A DNA stretch of 64,000 nucleotides from Phycisphaeraceae bacterium (GCA_963674705.1 OY771506.1:3808001-3872000); one strand, 5' to 3'. Counted from the first letter of the stretch, positions 29,395 through 39,967 are shown. A program made the numbers and translations. The notes: generated by a model from the sequence alone, not told the origin.

Positions 29395-29540
29395 CGGATC
29401 GGAGGAAGTAGCCGCCGGGGTATTTGTGGAGCCCAGCTGAAGGGGATATCACCAGCCAGCCCGACAAACAACATCGAACACACCACTTGGATGGTCCAAG
29501 GCCGCCGCTTCCTGTTGGATACGGTGGCCTTTGGTTTTTA
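29395..29540 (+). ncRNA. Candidate structured RNA (sRNA or cis-regulatory leader)
   Basis: TAAGAT at 29383; 5' arm aggaagtagccgccggggtatttgtgg pairs irregularly with ccacttggatggtccaaggccgccgcttcct; ends in a terminator. Confidence 0.4.
29498..29540 (+). terminator. Intrinsic terminator-like hairpin
   Basis: aaggccgccg...cggtggcctt followed by tggttttt. Confidence 0.6.
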
Positions 29541-29615
29541 GGATAGCTTTTCTCGATTTGTTGTTCCAGCCAGCCAGAGCATCATTCACAGAAGTCCCAC
29601 GCCAACTGCCATATC

Positions 29616-31022
29616 ATGCTCGATATGCTGCATCAGGGGTATCAACTCACCTGGAACCTGGACCCATTGGAAGCGCTACGCCGTTGGCCTGAAGACCGAC
29701 GGCTGCTCATGCTGCATTCCGGTGGGGATGGCTCAGCCTGGTCTCGCTACTCGATCTTCACATCGGATGCTGGTGCGTATCGTTTCGGATTGGACGAAAA
29801 GGGCTGCGGAGTCAGCGAATGGCTGATGGGTAATGATGATGTTTACAGGCCCCGCTGCAACTGGTCGCACAAACCGCTGCGCGACCTGAACCGTGTGCTA
29901 GCCGATCGTGAATCCTTATGGGTCGGTTATCTGAGTTACGACATCGGCAGGTTTATCGAACGGCTGCCCAGTCGCGCGGCGATTGATCGTGATTGGCCGA
30001 TCGAGCAGATGCATCGCTGCCCCGGCTGGCTGGTATATGACAACCTGACGCAGCAATGGTCGGCCTGCGGTACGTGGCGACAAGGTGCAGCAGGGGGGAT
30101 GCCTGACCTGCCTGCCATGCAGGCACATGATTCACGCTTTATTGCTGATCAAGCGAAACCTTTCGTAGAGCGCCACGCCTTTGAGCGTGCAATAGCTCAA
30201 GCGCTCGACTACATCGCCGCCGGCGACATCTTCCAGGTCAATCTCACGCAACGCTTCACCGCCCAATGTCAGGGCGATCCCCGTAAGCTGTTTGATGTGC
30301 TCGCAACAAGATCGCCTGCCTGGTACGGGGCGTATCTGGAACTAGCTGATACGATTGATTTCTCTTCACATGACCAAACCAGGCGCACGATCGTCTGCAA
30401 TTCGCCGGAGTTGTTTTTCTCATTAGATGACCAAGGACGAGTTATTACACGGCCGATCAAAGGCACGCGGCCGGCTTCGGTCGACCCGCAGGTATTACTC
30501 GATAGCGAAAAGGACACCGCTGAACTGACCATGATCGTGGACCTCTTGCGTAACGATCTTGGCCGGGTGTGTGATTATGGCTCTGTGCGCGTCACCGAAC
30601 CCCGCGTGATCGAATCGCACCCGACGGTCCATCACACCGCCGCCACCATCGCAGGCATACTGCATCCCAGCATGAACCTTACGGACCTGCTGCGAGCCGT
30701 CATGCCGGGCGGATCGATCACCGGCGCACCGAAAGTCCGGGCGATGCAGATCATCGATGAACTCGAACCGGTCCGGCGCGGCCCATACACCGGGGCGATC
30801 GGTTACGTGCACGACGGCACAGCCTGCTTCAATATCGCGATCCGCACCATGCTCGTGCAGCAGGATGCGACCGGTCACGGCCAGGTGGACTACAACGTTG
30901 GCGGCGGGATCGTCTCCGACTCGGTCCCGGCGGATGAATATCAGGAAACACTGGACAAAGCCGCCGCCATGAACGCGGCGCTCTTAGCCTGCAAAAAACC
31001 TCAAACGGCAGAATCAGTCTGA
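29616..31022 (+). CDS. pabB: Aminodeoxychorismate synthase component I (chorismate-binding family); alternative start 29625
   Basis: GYLSYD, GDIFQVNL, SPELF, PIKGT (PabB-type Lys; TrpE has PIAGT), MIVDLLRNDL, PGGSITGAPK. Confidence 0.8.
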   Translation: MLDMLHQGYQLTWNLDPLEALRRWPEDRRLLMLHSGGDGSAWSRYSIFTSDAGAYRFGLDEKGCGVSEWLMGNDDVYRPRCNWSHKPLRDLNRVLADRESLWVGYLSYDIGRFIERLPSRAAIDRDWPIEQMHRCPGWLVYDNLTQQWSACGTWRQGAAGGMPDLPAMQAHDSRFIADQAKPFVERHAFERAIAQALDYIAAGDIFQVNLTQRFTAQCQGDPRKLFDVLATRSPAWYGAYLELADTIDFSSHDQTRRTIVCNSPELFFSLDDQGRVITRPIKGTRPASVDPQVLLDSEKDTAELTMIVDLLRNDLGRVCDYGSVRVTEPRVIESHPTVHHTAATIAGILHPSMNLTDLLRAVMPGGSITGAPKVRAMQIIDELEPVRRGPYTGAIGYVHDGTACFNIAIRTMLVQQDATGHGQVDYNVGGGIVSDSVPADEYQETLDKAAAMNAALLACKKPQTAESV

Positions 31023-31056
31023 GCCGTTTGAGGTTTGCTTTGTATACCAAACTGTC

Positions 31057-32181
31057 TTACGCAGCAGCACGTTCCTGTATCGCTTCATCACCGAAGTGCG
31101 TTCCCACACCACGCGCCGCACGCAGCAGCGGGTGGTCCGGCGGGATGGTACGCTGCTTGTTCGCAGCGGCGAGGATATCGGCATCCGTCACTTTGCCGTT
31201 CTGCATGACAATCAGGCGGTTGGGCCTGCCTTCAACCAAAGTCTTAAGCGCCGCGTAACCGAACTGCGTCGCAAGGACGCGGTCATCCGCCACGGGGGTG
31301 CCGCCGCGCTGCACGTGACCGAGCACGGTGTAACGGGTATCGATCCCCGTACGCTCTTCGATCTTATCTGCCACGTATTTTCCGACACCGCCGAGTTTGA
31401 TCGGATCGGGGCTGTTCGGATCGACCTTGGCGACAATCTTTTCACCATCGGACGGGGTCGCGCCTTCCGAGACCGCGATGATCGTAAAGCTCTTGCCGTA
31501 CCCCGAACGTTCTTCGACATAAGCACAGACCGAGTCGACGCTGAACGGGATCTCCGGCACGAGGATCACATCCGCGCCGGTAGCGACGCCCGAATGCAGT
31601 GCGATCCAGCCGGCGTTTCGGCCCATCAGTTCGACCACCATCGCCCGGTGATGGCTCGCGGCCGTCGTGCGGATGCGGTCCAGCGCATCGGTTGCGACGT
31701 GACATGCCGTGGCGAATCCGAACGTCAGGTCCGTGCCGTAAAGATCGTTGTCGATCGTCTTAGGCACGCCGACACAGTTGATGCCGTGCTGCACAAAGTT
31801 GGCGGCACCGCTCATCGTGCCGTCACCGCCGATCACGACCAGCGCGTCGATGTTGTGATGTTCGATGTGATCCAGGCAACGGTTGGTCACGTTGCGTTTC
31901 TCGACAACACCCTCACGGTTGCGCGTCGCATATTGCGAAGGATCGCACCTGTTGCACGAGCCCAGGATCGTCCCACCGGTTGATAGGATACCGCTGACCG
32001 AGTCCAACCCGAGTGGCCGGATACGGTTCTGCACCAGGCCGAGGAAACCGTCCTCGATACCGTAGACTTCCAACCCGTGCTCGATGATCGCACTCTTGGT
32101 CACAGCACGGATAACCGCATTCAATCCCGCACAGTCCCCACCGCCCGTCAATACGCCGATTCGTCTGATCGCCTTTGTCAT
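31057..32181 (-). CDS. pfkA: 6-phosphofructokinase (group III / mixed-substrate type)
   Basis: LTGGGDCAGLN, GGTILG, IGGDG, PKTIDND, ELMGR, LGHVQRGG. Confidence 0.93.
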   Translation of the reverse strand: MTKAIRRIGVLTGGGDCAGLNAVIRAVTKSAIIEHGLEVYGIEDGFLGLVQNRIRPLGLDSVSGILSTGGTILGSCNRCDPSQYATRNREGVVEKRNVTNRCLDHIEHHNIDALVVIGGDGTMSGAANFVQHGINCVGVPKTIDNDLYGTDLTFGFATACHVATDALDRIRTTAASHHRAMVVELMGRNAGWIALHSGVATGADVILVPEIPFSVDSVCAYVEERSGYGKSFTIIAVSEGATPSDGEKIVAKVDPNSPDPIKLGGVGKYVADKIEERTGIDTRYTVLGHVQRGGTPVADDRVLATQFGYAALKTLVEGRPNRLIVMQNGKVTDADILAAANKQRTIPPDHPLLRAARGVGTHFGDEAIQERAAA

Positions 32182-32331
32182 GGCATGCCTCACATAGGAA
32201 GTTAGTACAAGTACTTACTCAATCGGCATGTCAAAGGTACAAAATAAGAGCCAGTCATCCATTAGGGCCGCTGTCGGCACCGATAACCACCGGATGTGTC
32301 TATTCAATCGCAACGGACGTATGCTGTTGTC

Positions 32332-33171
32332 ATGATAACTGCCCTCTACATCCTGTTGATCACTGCTGCTTCACTACTGCTTGGCGCCGGCGTACTGCAT
32401 CTGTTGCCCAGACTCGGTAAACCCGGCCGCACCCTCAGCGCGTTCTTCTGCCGAGGTATCGGACTCGACCTGCTGATCACCTACTTCACCGTCCTGCCCA
32501 TGATCGTCGGCCTGATCCTCTACATGTGGATCGGCCTGCTCGCGGCAATCGCCGGGCAGGTGGTCGGCCTGCTGATCTGGATCCAGTTACATGAACTGGC
32601 GCATCCCGCCGCGAGAAAGGGACCACGCATCGTCAAAGTCCTGAACAAATCCGCCGGCCGGTTCAACAACCATCTCGCACTGTGGATCACCGCGCTGGCC
32701 GTGCCCGTGTTCTGGCTGGTCCGTCTTGCCGAGTGGATCGTCTACCCGCCGCTGACCTGGACCGTGCGCCTCCCCGCCTACAAACACAGCGAATGGGTCA
32801 ACGTCTCCCGCCACAAGTTCGAAGGACTCGTCGGCCACGACCTCATCTGGTGCCTCTACTGCGACTGGATGACCGGCATCTGGTCGCTGGGCACAGAAAT
32901 GCTCCGCAACGTCGAAAGCTTCTGGTGCCCGATCCGTTTCTACGACGGCAACAAATGCGAGAACTGCAAGACCGACTTCCCTGATATCGATGGCGGCTGG
33001 GTTGATGCCGATGGCAACATGAAACAGGTCGCCGACGTCCTCACTGAGAAGCACGCCCAAGGTGATCACTCATGGTTCGGCCACCCCGGCAGAGTGACCG
33101 TAGAAGGTCAACCGCAAAAAGATATCCCGGCATCCGACGATCAAGACAATGAAAAACCCAACGGCGAGTAA
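32332..33171 (+). CDS. Hypothetical membrane protein with Cys/His motifs
   Basis: Several TM helices; HDLIWCLYCDW, FWCPI, CENC. Confidence 0.7.
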   Translation: MITALYILLITAASLLLGAGVLHLLPRLGKPGRTLSAFFCRGIGLDLLITYFTVLPMIVGLILYMWIGLLAAIAGQVVGLLIWIQLHELAHPAARKGPRIVKVLNKSAGRFNNHLALWITALAVPVFWLVRLAEWIVYPPLTWTVRLPAYKHSEWVNVSRHKFEGLVGHDLIWCLYCDWMTGIWSLGTEMLRNVESFWCPIRFYDGNKCENCKTDFPDIDGGWVDADGNMKQVADVLTEKHAQGDHSWFGHPGRVTVEGQPQKDIPASDDQDNEKPNGE

Positions 33172-33185
33172 CATCTCGATCCGAT

Positions 33186-34250
33186 TCAGTTTTCTTCATG
33201 TTTTTCGCCGACCAACTGCGCACCGGTCATATGCAGGAACACATCCTCCAGCGTCGGCCTGCCTACCGTCAGGCTGCGCACCTTGCCGGGGAATGCGCTA
33301 TGAACCTCGCCCGCAATCTTCGCGCCTTCTGACTTTTCAAACCGGATATACCCATCCATCATTTCGGGCTTCATCCCTTCTTCCCAAGGCCCGAACTGGT
33401 TGGTGATCTCTTCTAACAACGCCAGACAATCTGCCTCATCCAGCTCCGGCTCGGGGGTGATTGTCACCACATCCCCGCCGATCTGCGATTGCAGATTCGT
33501 CGGCGTATCGACCGCGACAATCCTGCCCTCGGACATGATCGCCAAACGATCGCAGCGCTCCGCTTCATCCATCAGGTGCGTCGTGAACACCACCGTCATG
33601 CCCGTTTCCTTGCGGATCTGCTCTACTTGCTGCCAAAGCGTCCGACGTGCGCCGGGATCGAGTCCCGTTGCAGGCTCATCCATCAACAGCAGGGCGGGTT
33701 CATGCAATAGCGCCTTGGCTAGTTCAAGCTTTCGTCGCATGCCCCCGCTGAACCTATCGACGTAGTCATCGCGCCTCGCCTGCAAGTCGAAGAACGTCAA
33801 CCAGCGATCAATGCGTTCGGTGAGGGTCTTACCGCTCAGGCCGTAGAGTTGGCCGTGGTATAGCAGGTTTTCGTTGGCGGTCAGTTGTCCGTCGAGGCTT
33901 GGGCTTTGAAAAAGCACGCCTAACCGTTGACGCACGCGGGCCGGCTCATCCAGCACATCGTGGCCCATCACCTGGATCGTCCCCACGGATCGCTCGCCGC
34001 CGTTATTGATGTTCGGCGTCAACATCGTCGAGAGGATACGAAACAGCGTGCTCTTACCGCCGCCGTTCGGCCCGAGGATGCCGAACAACTCCCCACGCTC
34101 GATATGCAGTGAAACCTCATCCACCGCAAACTCCCGCGGCCTGGCCTTCGGGTCCGCCGACCGCTTACGTTTGGGGACAGGGTATTGATGAGAAAGCAGT
34201 TCGATGTGAATCGCCGCCTGCGCCGCTGTATCGGGTAGTTGATCCGCCAT
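33186..34250 (-). CDS. ABC-2 type transporter ATP-binding protein (DrrA-like)
   Basis: GPNGGGKS, FSGGMRR, LMDEP, TTH, PTLEDVF. Confidence 0.92.
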   Translation of the reverse strand: MADQLPDTAAQAAIHIELLSHQYPVPKRKRSADPKARPREFAVDEVSLHIERGELFGILGPNGGGKSTLFRILSTMLTPNINNGGERSVGTIQVMGHDVLDEPARVRQRLGVLFQSPSLDGQLTANENLLYHGQLYGLSGKTLTERIDRWLTFFDLQARRDDYVDRFSGGMRRKLELAKALLHEPALLLMDEPATGLDPGARRTLWQQVEQIRKETGMTVVFTTHLMDEAERCDRLAIMSEGRIVAVDTPTNLQSQIGGDVVTITPEPELDEADCLALLEEITNQFGPWEEGMKPEMMDGYIRFEKSEGAKIAGEVHSAFPGKVRSLTVGRPTLEDVFLHMTGAQLVGEKHEEN

Positions 34251-34312
34251 GCACAAACTATATCACCAAGGCCGCGTCGTTTCTCCGTATGCGTAGAAAG
34301 TGCTTGTATTTA

Positions 34313-34490
34313 CCCCTTCTCCCCTTGGGAGAAGGCCGGGGTGAGGGCCGGATTGATTACGCCATCGACTATGACTTATAGCCCGACCATTCTGGTCGGG
34401 TTTCCGCATTCATGTAAAGCCGCGACCACTGGTCGCGCCGCGGGGTGTATTAATCGATGGGAAAAGCGCGACCACTGGTCGCGGCTATAC
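34313..34490. repeat. Cluster of three REP-like palindrome types
   Basis: Family A 34313-34348, family B 34379-34403, inverted pair of gcgacca-c-tggtcgc at 34414-34438 and 34466-34490. Confidence 0.8.
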
Positions 34491-34498
34491 AACAAAAC

Positions 34499-35434
34499 TC
34501 ACTGCACCAGCCCGCGTGTCAACCGCATGAAGGCGGTCTCCAGGTTCACCTTCTCTTCTTCCAGGCGGGTCAGCGCAAAGCCCTGCGTCACCAACCGCTG
34601 GGCAATCCGTGACGGGTCCGCATGCTCAGCTTCGAGCGCGACGCGGATGTGATTATTCGTCACCGTCGCTTCGGTCACACCTTCTAGTTGGCGGATCAAC
34701 TGGGCGGCACGCTCCACGCCCTGCGCGACTCCCACGTGCAGCACCGCGCCGGTCTTTGCACGATCGATGATGTCCTGCATCGTGCCGGTGTACTTAAGCT
34801 CACCCTGTTCCACGATGCCCACGTGGTTACAAAGATCGGCCAGCTCAAGCAGGATGTGCGAGCTGATGAGGATCGTCTTGCCCATCCGGTGAAGTTCTTT
34901 AAGCAGCTCGCGCATCTCGATACGAGCACGCGGGTCCAGCCCCGACGCCGGCTCATCAAGCAGCAATACCTTCGGGTCGTGAAGCAATACACGCGCAACA
35001 CTGAGCCGCTGCTGCATGCCGCGCGACAGCGAGTTCACTTCCGCATCGATCTTGTATGCAAGGTCCGTCAAATCCAGCACATCACCGATGACCTGCTTAC
35101 GTTTATCGCCGTGAATGTTGTAGCTGGCCGCGAAGAATTCCAGATACTCCTGCACGACCATGTCTTCATATGAACCGAAGTAGTCGGGCACGTATCCGAT
35201 CACCGACCGCACCTGTCTGGCGTTCACCGGCCCGACGCTCAACCCGTCGATCCGCGCCTCGCCCCAGGTCGGCTTCAGCAACGTCGCCAACACCTTGATC
35301 GTCGTCGTCTTGCCCGCACCGTTGGGCCCGATGAAACCAAAGCAATCGCCTTGCTCAATCTCAAGGTTCAGGTTCGACAGCGCCATCAGGTTCCCGTAGC
35401 GCTTCGTCAGGTTGATGGTTTGGATCATCGGCAT
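34499..35434 (-). CDS. ABC transporter ATP-binding protein
   Basis: GPNGAGKT, LSRGMQQR, LLDEPASGLDP, SSHIL. Confidence 0.93.
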   Translation of the reverse strand: MPMIQTINLTKRYGNLMALSNLNLEIEQGDCFGFIGPNGAGKTTTIKVLATLLKPTWGEARIDGLSVGPVNARQVRSVIGYVPDYFGSYEDMVVQEYLEFFAASYNIHGDKRKQVIGDVLDLTDLAYKIDAEVNSLSRGMQQRLSVARVLLHDPKVLLLDEPASGLDPRARIEMRELLKELHRMGKTILISSHILLELADLCNHVGIVEQGELKYTGTMQDIIDRAKTGAVLHVGVAQGVERAAQLIRQLEGVTEATVTNNHIRVALEAEHADPSRIAQRLVTQGFALTRLEEEKVNLETAFMRLTRGLVQ

Positions 35435-35470
35435 AAAGTCGATCCGTCACGTCGGCGGCACACGCCGCGG

Positions 35471-37738
35471 TTATTCAAAATCATACACCCATCTGACCAC
35501 AGTCCAACCGTTGCTAGGTATTTCTTCGCCGCCCACGGTCAGCGGCAGCGGCAGTGGTGAGTCTTCCAGGTGGCCCATCACGATCACACGCCGCCCGGCG
35601 AACAACGGCGTCAGGTCGAACTGCCGACCCAGGCTCCGCTGATAGACCCGCGTGTAGGGGATACCCGTCTTGACAAAGTCCGGTGCCGGCAGGGCGTCGA
35701 AGAAACTCAACAACTCGATATACCGGATGAAGTCGGTTGGCAGTATGATCGATTCCTGGCCGGTCGCATCAATCAGATTCTGACCCGGCAGGTTACTGAT
35801 CAGCCTGCCGAGATATCCTTCATCCTTGAAAGAACGCTTCTCGTAAGTTTTATCTCCCGGCTGTTTGACTAGTTCAGGTTGTTCCGAAACCATCAATTCC
35901 GTAAGATCGATCACCTGCTTGGGTTCCCATGGGTCTCCGCGAAGCATGACTTTCGGCACCTGTCCGCCACCCGGGCAATACAACACGCGCACGTCACGAA
36001 GCGCCCCGGGTAGTGCATGCGACAACTTGCCTGTTGGCCAGTTGTTCACGATCTTCAACTTGCCTTGCGGCAGGATCAACGGCTCAGCCATCCCCTGCTG
36101 CGAGATGTCCACCCGTCCCATGTAATCCACTTCGATCTGCTTGGCTGTTGAACGGAAGGGGATCTCCGCCGAACGAGGCGATGCGGCATCCAGCGAATAC
36201 GTCTGCGGATCGAGGAACGCGGTTTCATCCAGACCCACCACCATCCCCGGGCTCGACATCACCTGCTTGGCAGATGGATGCTCCGGATCGATCTCAACCA
36301 GTTGCTTGGAAAACGTGGGTGTGTAGATCGACATCCAGCTATGCGTATGAACGGTAGGGGAGTCCGCCGAGGCGGTCAGCACACTGAAGTGCGTCACCTG
36401 AGCAGACTTCGGCGCCATCAGCCACGCGCCTGCCCAACTGAATGCCGAGAATACCAGCACGATCGCAACGAAGATCAACCAGCTCTGCCGCGTCGCGTTC
36501 TGCTTTTTAAGAACGATCACGCTCAACGGCCCGGCTGCAAACCAGTACAGCCCGAATACCAGGATCGCCAGTAACAACGCCGGCGCTGCCGCACCACGCA
36601 TCGACACACGCCCGGGAATGAACCGTCCCAACGGGATCACCGAACGCTGGTCCACCCGTGACATCTCGTTCGCCTGGACCTTCGCTTCGTAAGTATCTTT
36701 TTCGTAGATCGGCGCCTGCCACATGAAGATCGTGTTCCACACCGGGTTGCGACCGTTCGGCAATCCCATCGACGCAAGCGATCTATCTGACAAATCCAGC
36801 CCCGACACCGTCACCCGTCCGAAGCCGAAACGCTTGGTCACGATGATCGGCCGATTGTTATGTGTTTGAACGACATCAACATCATCATGACCGTTGACAT
36901 AAAACACACTCATCGCGACATTCACAACTTCCGCGCCACGGCGAGCACCAGCCCAACTCGGCGGCGGCCCTTCGATCCGCTCGATGTCGTCCGCCTTGAT
37001 CGGCAACAGGTCGCTCATCGCCGACCCTGTCCACGTCTCGCCATACGCCGGCAGCATGATGACCAGGTGACCACCACGACGCACCCATTCACGCAACGCC
37101 TGTTGTGACGCACTGGACACCAGTGGATCGTTCGGATCGCCGCCGTAGCGCGTCCAGACCAACGTGTCGATCATGGATAAGCCGTACCATCGATCGGGCA
37201 GCGTCGTCAGTGACATACCCGTCACAAGTGTGATCGCTTCATGGCTTGTGTACGGATGGATATGCCGGTCCAGCCCCAGGCTGTAGCTTCCGGTGATGCC
37301 GATCAGTCGGCGAGAAGGGATCATCAACTCCGGCGGTGCGATTTTATCATCGCTTGCCAGCACCTCGTCCGCCGTTTCATTGAGTATCTGGACGATCCAC
37401 GGCTCTGAGACGTTCCAGCGGATCGGAAGCGGCCCGTACAGCCAGGCGTCCTGTTTGCTCAAGGCATCCAGCGTGATCCGCCGCTCAGCATGGACGCGGT
37501 CGCCGTCCGCATCTTTCAGAAGCCATCTGCATACGACCTGCCTTGGTTCCGCCCCCTGGTTCTCCAGGCTCAGCCGGATCGGCGTCCATGTCCCAACCCG
37601 GGCAAAACCTTCCAGGCCCAGTTGCTCCTTCGGCACGCTTAACTGCACCCCCGATACCTGCCCCATCGCGGTGGAAGACAGGGTCAATAACAGCAGGAAC
37701 AAAAAAGCTGTGAACGGATTTTTAAGGGCCCGGTTCAT
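35471..37738 (-). CDS. Membrane-anchored protein with glutamine amidotransferase-like domain (ABC-associated)
   Basis: Signal peptide, LREWVRRGGHLVI, GFGRV, two central TM helices; co-oriented with the ABC ATPases. Confidence 0.7.
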   Translation of the reverse strand: MNRALKNPFTAFLFLLLLTLSSTAMGQVSGVQLSVPKEQLGLEGFARVGTWTPIRLSLENQGAEPRQVVCRWLLKDADGDRVHAERRITLDALSKQDAWLYGPLPIRWNVSEPWIVQILNETADEVLASDDKIAPPELMIPSRRLIGITGSYSLGLDRHIHPYTSHEAITLVTGMSLTTLPDRWYGLSMIDTLVWTRYGGDPNDPLVSSASQQALREWVRRGGHLVIMLPAYGETWTGSAMSDLLPIKADDIERIEGPPPSWAGARRGAEVVNVAMSVFYVNGHDDVDVVQTHNNRPIIVTKRFGFGRVTVSGLDLSDRSLASMGLPNGRNPVWNTIFMWQAPIYEKDTYEAKVQANEMSRVDQRSVIPLGRFIPGRVSMRGAAAPALLLAILVFGLYWFAAGPLSVIVLKKQNATRQSWLIFVAIVLVFSAFSWAGAWLMAPKSAQVTHFSVLTASADSPTVHTHSWMSIYTPTFSKQLVEIDPEHPSAKQVMSSPGMVVGLDETAFLDPQTYSLDAASPRSAEIPFRSTAKQIEVDYMGRVDISQQGMAEPLILPQGKLKIVNNWPTGKLSHALPGALRDVRVLYCPGGGQVPKVMLRGDPWEPKQVIDLTELMVSEQPELVKQPGDKTYEKRSFKDEGYLGRLISNLPGQNLIDATGQESIILPTDFIRYIELLSFFDALPAPDFVKTGIPYTRVYQRSLGRQFDLTPLFAGRRVIVMGHLEDSPLPLPLTVGGEEIPSNGWTVVRWVYDFE

Positions 37739-37905
37739 CTGCTTGAATTGTAGCCTAGAGCACGCCAATGAGCGAAACGGGCAAGGTTTATGTTGCCCGC
37801 GTCAGTTATCGGCCATGCCGCCGGCCCGATAATGCCAGTTCTGCCTGCTCATGCAGTTACCACCATCTCAGGCCCGATACGCAGGATGTGATTAATCCCG
37901 ACAAC

Positions 37906-38148
37906 ATGCTGTTCTACGCCATCATCGCCTTCCTGCTTTACATGCTGGCGACCTGCTTCTTCACCATTCTCGGAGCACGCATCCACTTCGAGACACGCAG
38001 GCACGACTTACTCGTCCGCTCCAAGCATTTGCGCCTGCAATATCTGCACTCACTGGATGAGAGGATGGCCGGCATCATCGATGAGGAGGAGGAAGCCCAG
38101 ACCACCCTCGTCCAGGAAGAGCCGACAGCCGCTAATAAAGCCGCCTGA
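37906..38148 (+). CDS. Small hypothetical membrane protein
   Basis: N-terminal TM helix, acidic tail. Confidence 0.5.
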   Translation: MLFYAIIAFLLYMLATCFFTILGARIHFETRRHDLLVRSKHLRLQYLHSLDERMAGIIDEEEEAQTTLVQEEPTAANKAA

Positions 38149-38293
38149 TCTTACCCATCTTTCCTCACCACTTATCCCAAAGCCGTTCGCGGCTTAGCGC
38201 TCTTGCCATCTGCCAATAATCCCTGAAAACCATGGTTTTCACACCACCGCCGTGCTATCCTGTTGGGTAGGTAATCAGTACCCATTCCTACCC

Positions 38294-39967
38294 ATGCAAC
38301 GACACATTGTCACAACACTAATCACCACACTCACCGTCCTTCTGGCGGTCGGCTCGCTCTACGCTCAGACCATCCCCACCGTCACCGGCAGGACCTTCAC
38401 GCTCTCCACCAGCGCCAACCACAAGCTCTTCATCCCCGACTCATTGAACCTCACGGATGACAACGTCGACGTCCTCGTCCACTTCCACGGCGACCCCGCC
38501 ACCGTCAACAACAACGCCGGATACGCCGACCTCAACGCCGTCATCATCAACGTCACCTACTCCGGCCTGTCCGCCGCGTATACCACACCTTTCAGCAACG
38601 ACACGACCCTCTTCGGTGACATCCTCGACGATGCGCTTTCAACCCTGCGTGCCCAACCGGACATCGCATCCAACGTCGCGTGGGACCAGCTTTCCATCTC
38701 TTCGTTCAGTGCCGGCTACGGCGCGGTCCGACAGATCCTCAAGCAGCCGACCTACTACAACCAGATCGACGGCCTGCTCCTGGCCGATTCGCTCTACGCC
38801 TCGTTCACCAGTTCGACAGACCACATGCCGCTCGATTCGCAGATGGTCGACTTCCGGTCGTTCGCTCAGGACGCCGCGGCCGGCAACAAGACGATGATCG
38901 TCTCGCATTCTCAAGTACCGACCTACTCATATTCCAGCACCGCCGAGACCGCTGACGATCTGATGGATTACGTCGGCATCACACCGACCAGTATCAATCA
39001 GTCCGGCCTCGGTACGCTCCAGTTCTACCGCACCGCTGAACTCGGCAACTTCCAGGTCTGGGGCGCGACAGGCTCGACCGCTTCTGCGCACACGCAACAT
39101 CTGCAATACATGGCAGAGTGGCTCGACGACCTGCCCTTCGATGATGGCCCGCCCGACCCCGTAAACCCGATCGTCAGCCTCGTCGATTTTGAAGTCAACG
39201 AAGGCACGTTCAACTACTCCCCGCTCTACTCCGGCAGCAACGAAGGCATCCTCAATGCCGTCGCAGACCGCACCGTCGCAGACGCTCACACGGGTGTTGG
39301 CTCGCAACGCATCGCGGTCAGTATGGACCCGGCGGCGGACTCATGGCTGCTCCGGCACACCTCAGGCGGCGGTTTCCCGAGCAACAACATCGCCATCAGC
39401 GCCGAAGGCTACATCGGCTTCTGGCTCAAAACGTCCTCGCCCGGCGTCAGCGTCTACCTCGGCCTCGACGATCCCGCCAGCGCAGACCTCGCCACACCTA
39501 TTAACGTCATCGACGACGGCCAGTGGCATCTCTACCAGTGGAACCTCGATGACCCCGACCAATGGCACGCCTGGGTCGACGGCGACGGCACCATCACCGG
39601 CCCAACCTTCACCATCGACGCCATCTTCTTCGAGGGTAACGCCAATGCCATCATCTACCTCGACGATGTCGCCTACAACTACTCAGGCAGCATCCTCCTC
39701 GGCGACCTCAACAACGACAGCTTCATCGGCCTCGACGACCTCGACATCGTCCTGAGCAACTGGAACCAATCCACCACCACCGGCGACCTAAACGGTGACG
39801 GCTACGTCGGCCTCGACGATCTGGACATCATCCTCAACAACTGGAACAGCGGCACGCCACCGACTGCTTCACAACTCGCCATACCTGAGCCGGCAACTTT
39901 ACTCACACTCACTTGTGCAACGTTGCTGCTGATGTCTACACGTCGAGCACAATGCAGGAAGGCTTAA
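38294..39967 (+). CDS. PEP-CTERM protein with alpha/beta-hydrolase-like domain and dockerin-like repeats
   Basis: Signal peptide, VHFHG, SFSAG, LLADSLY; GDLNNDSFIGLDDLD and GDLNGDGYVGLDDLD; IPEP + TM + basic tail. Confidence 0.8.
   Translation: MQRHIVTTLITTLTVLLAVGSLYAQTIPTVTGRTFTLSTSANHKLFIPDSLNLTDDNVDVLVHFHGDPATVNNNAGYADLNAVIINVTYSGLSAAYTTPFSNDTTLFGDILDDALSTLRAQPDIASNVAWDQLSISSFSAGYGAVRQILKQPTYYNQIDGLLLADSLYASFTSSTDHMPLDSQMVDFRSFAQDAAAGNKTMIVSHSQVPTYSYSSTAETADDLMDYVGITPTSINQSGLGTLQFYRTAELGNFQVWGATGSTASAHTQHLQYMAEWLDDLPFDDGPPDPVNPIVSLVDFEVNEGTFNYSPLYSGSNEGILNAVADRTVADAHTGVGSQRIAVSMDPAADSWLLRHTSGGGFPSNNIAISAEGYIGFWLKTSSPGVSVYLGLDDPASADLATPINVIDDGQWHLYQWNLDDPDQWHAWVDGDGTITGPTFTIDAIFFEGNANAIIYLDDVAYNYSGSILLGDLNNDSFIGLDDLDIVLSNWNQSTTTGDLNGDGYVGLDDLDIILNNWNSGTPPTASQLAIPEPATLLTLTCATLLLMSTRRAQCRKA

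Noticed and set aside
29395..29540. THF riboswitch, ykkC riboswitch, SRP RNA or tRNA-Sec
   Set aside because: Only short partial resemblances; the THF pseudoknot partner, the ykkC UAGGGUUCCG, the SRP GNRA helix and a cloverleaf are not convincingly present
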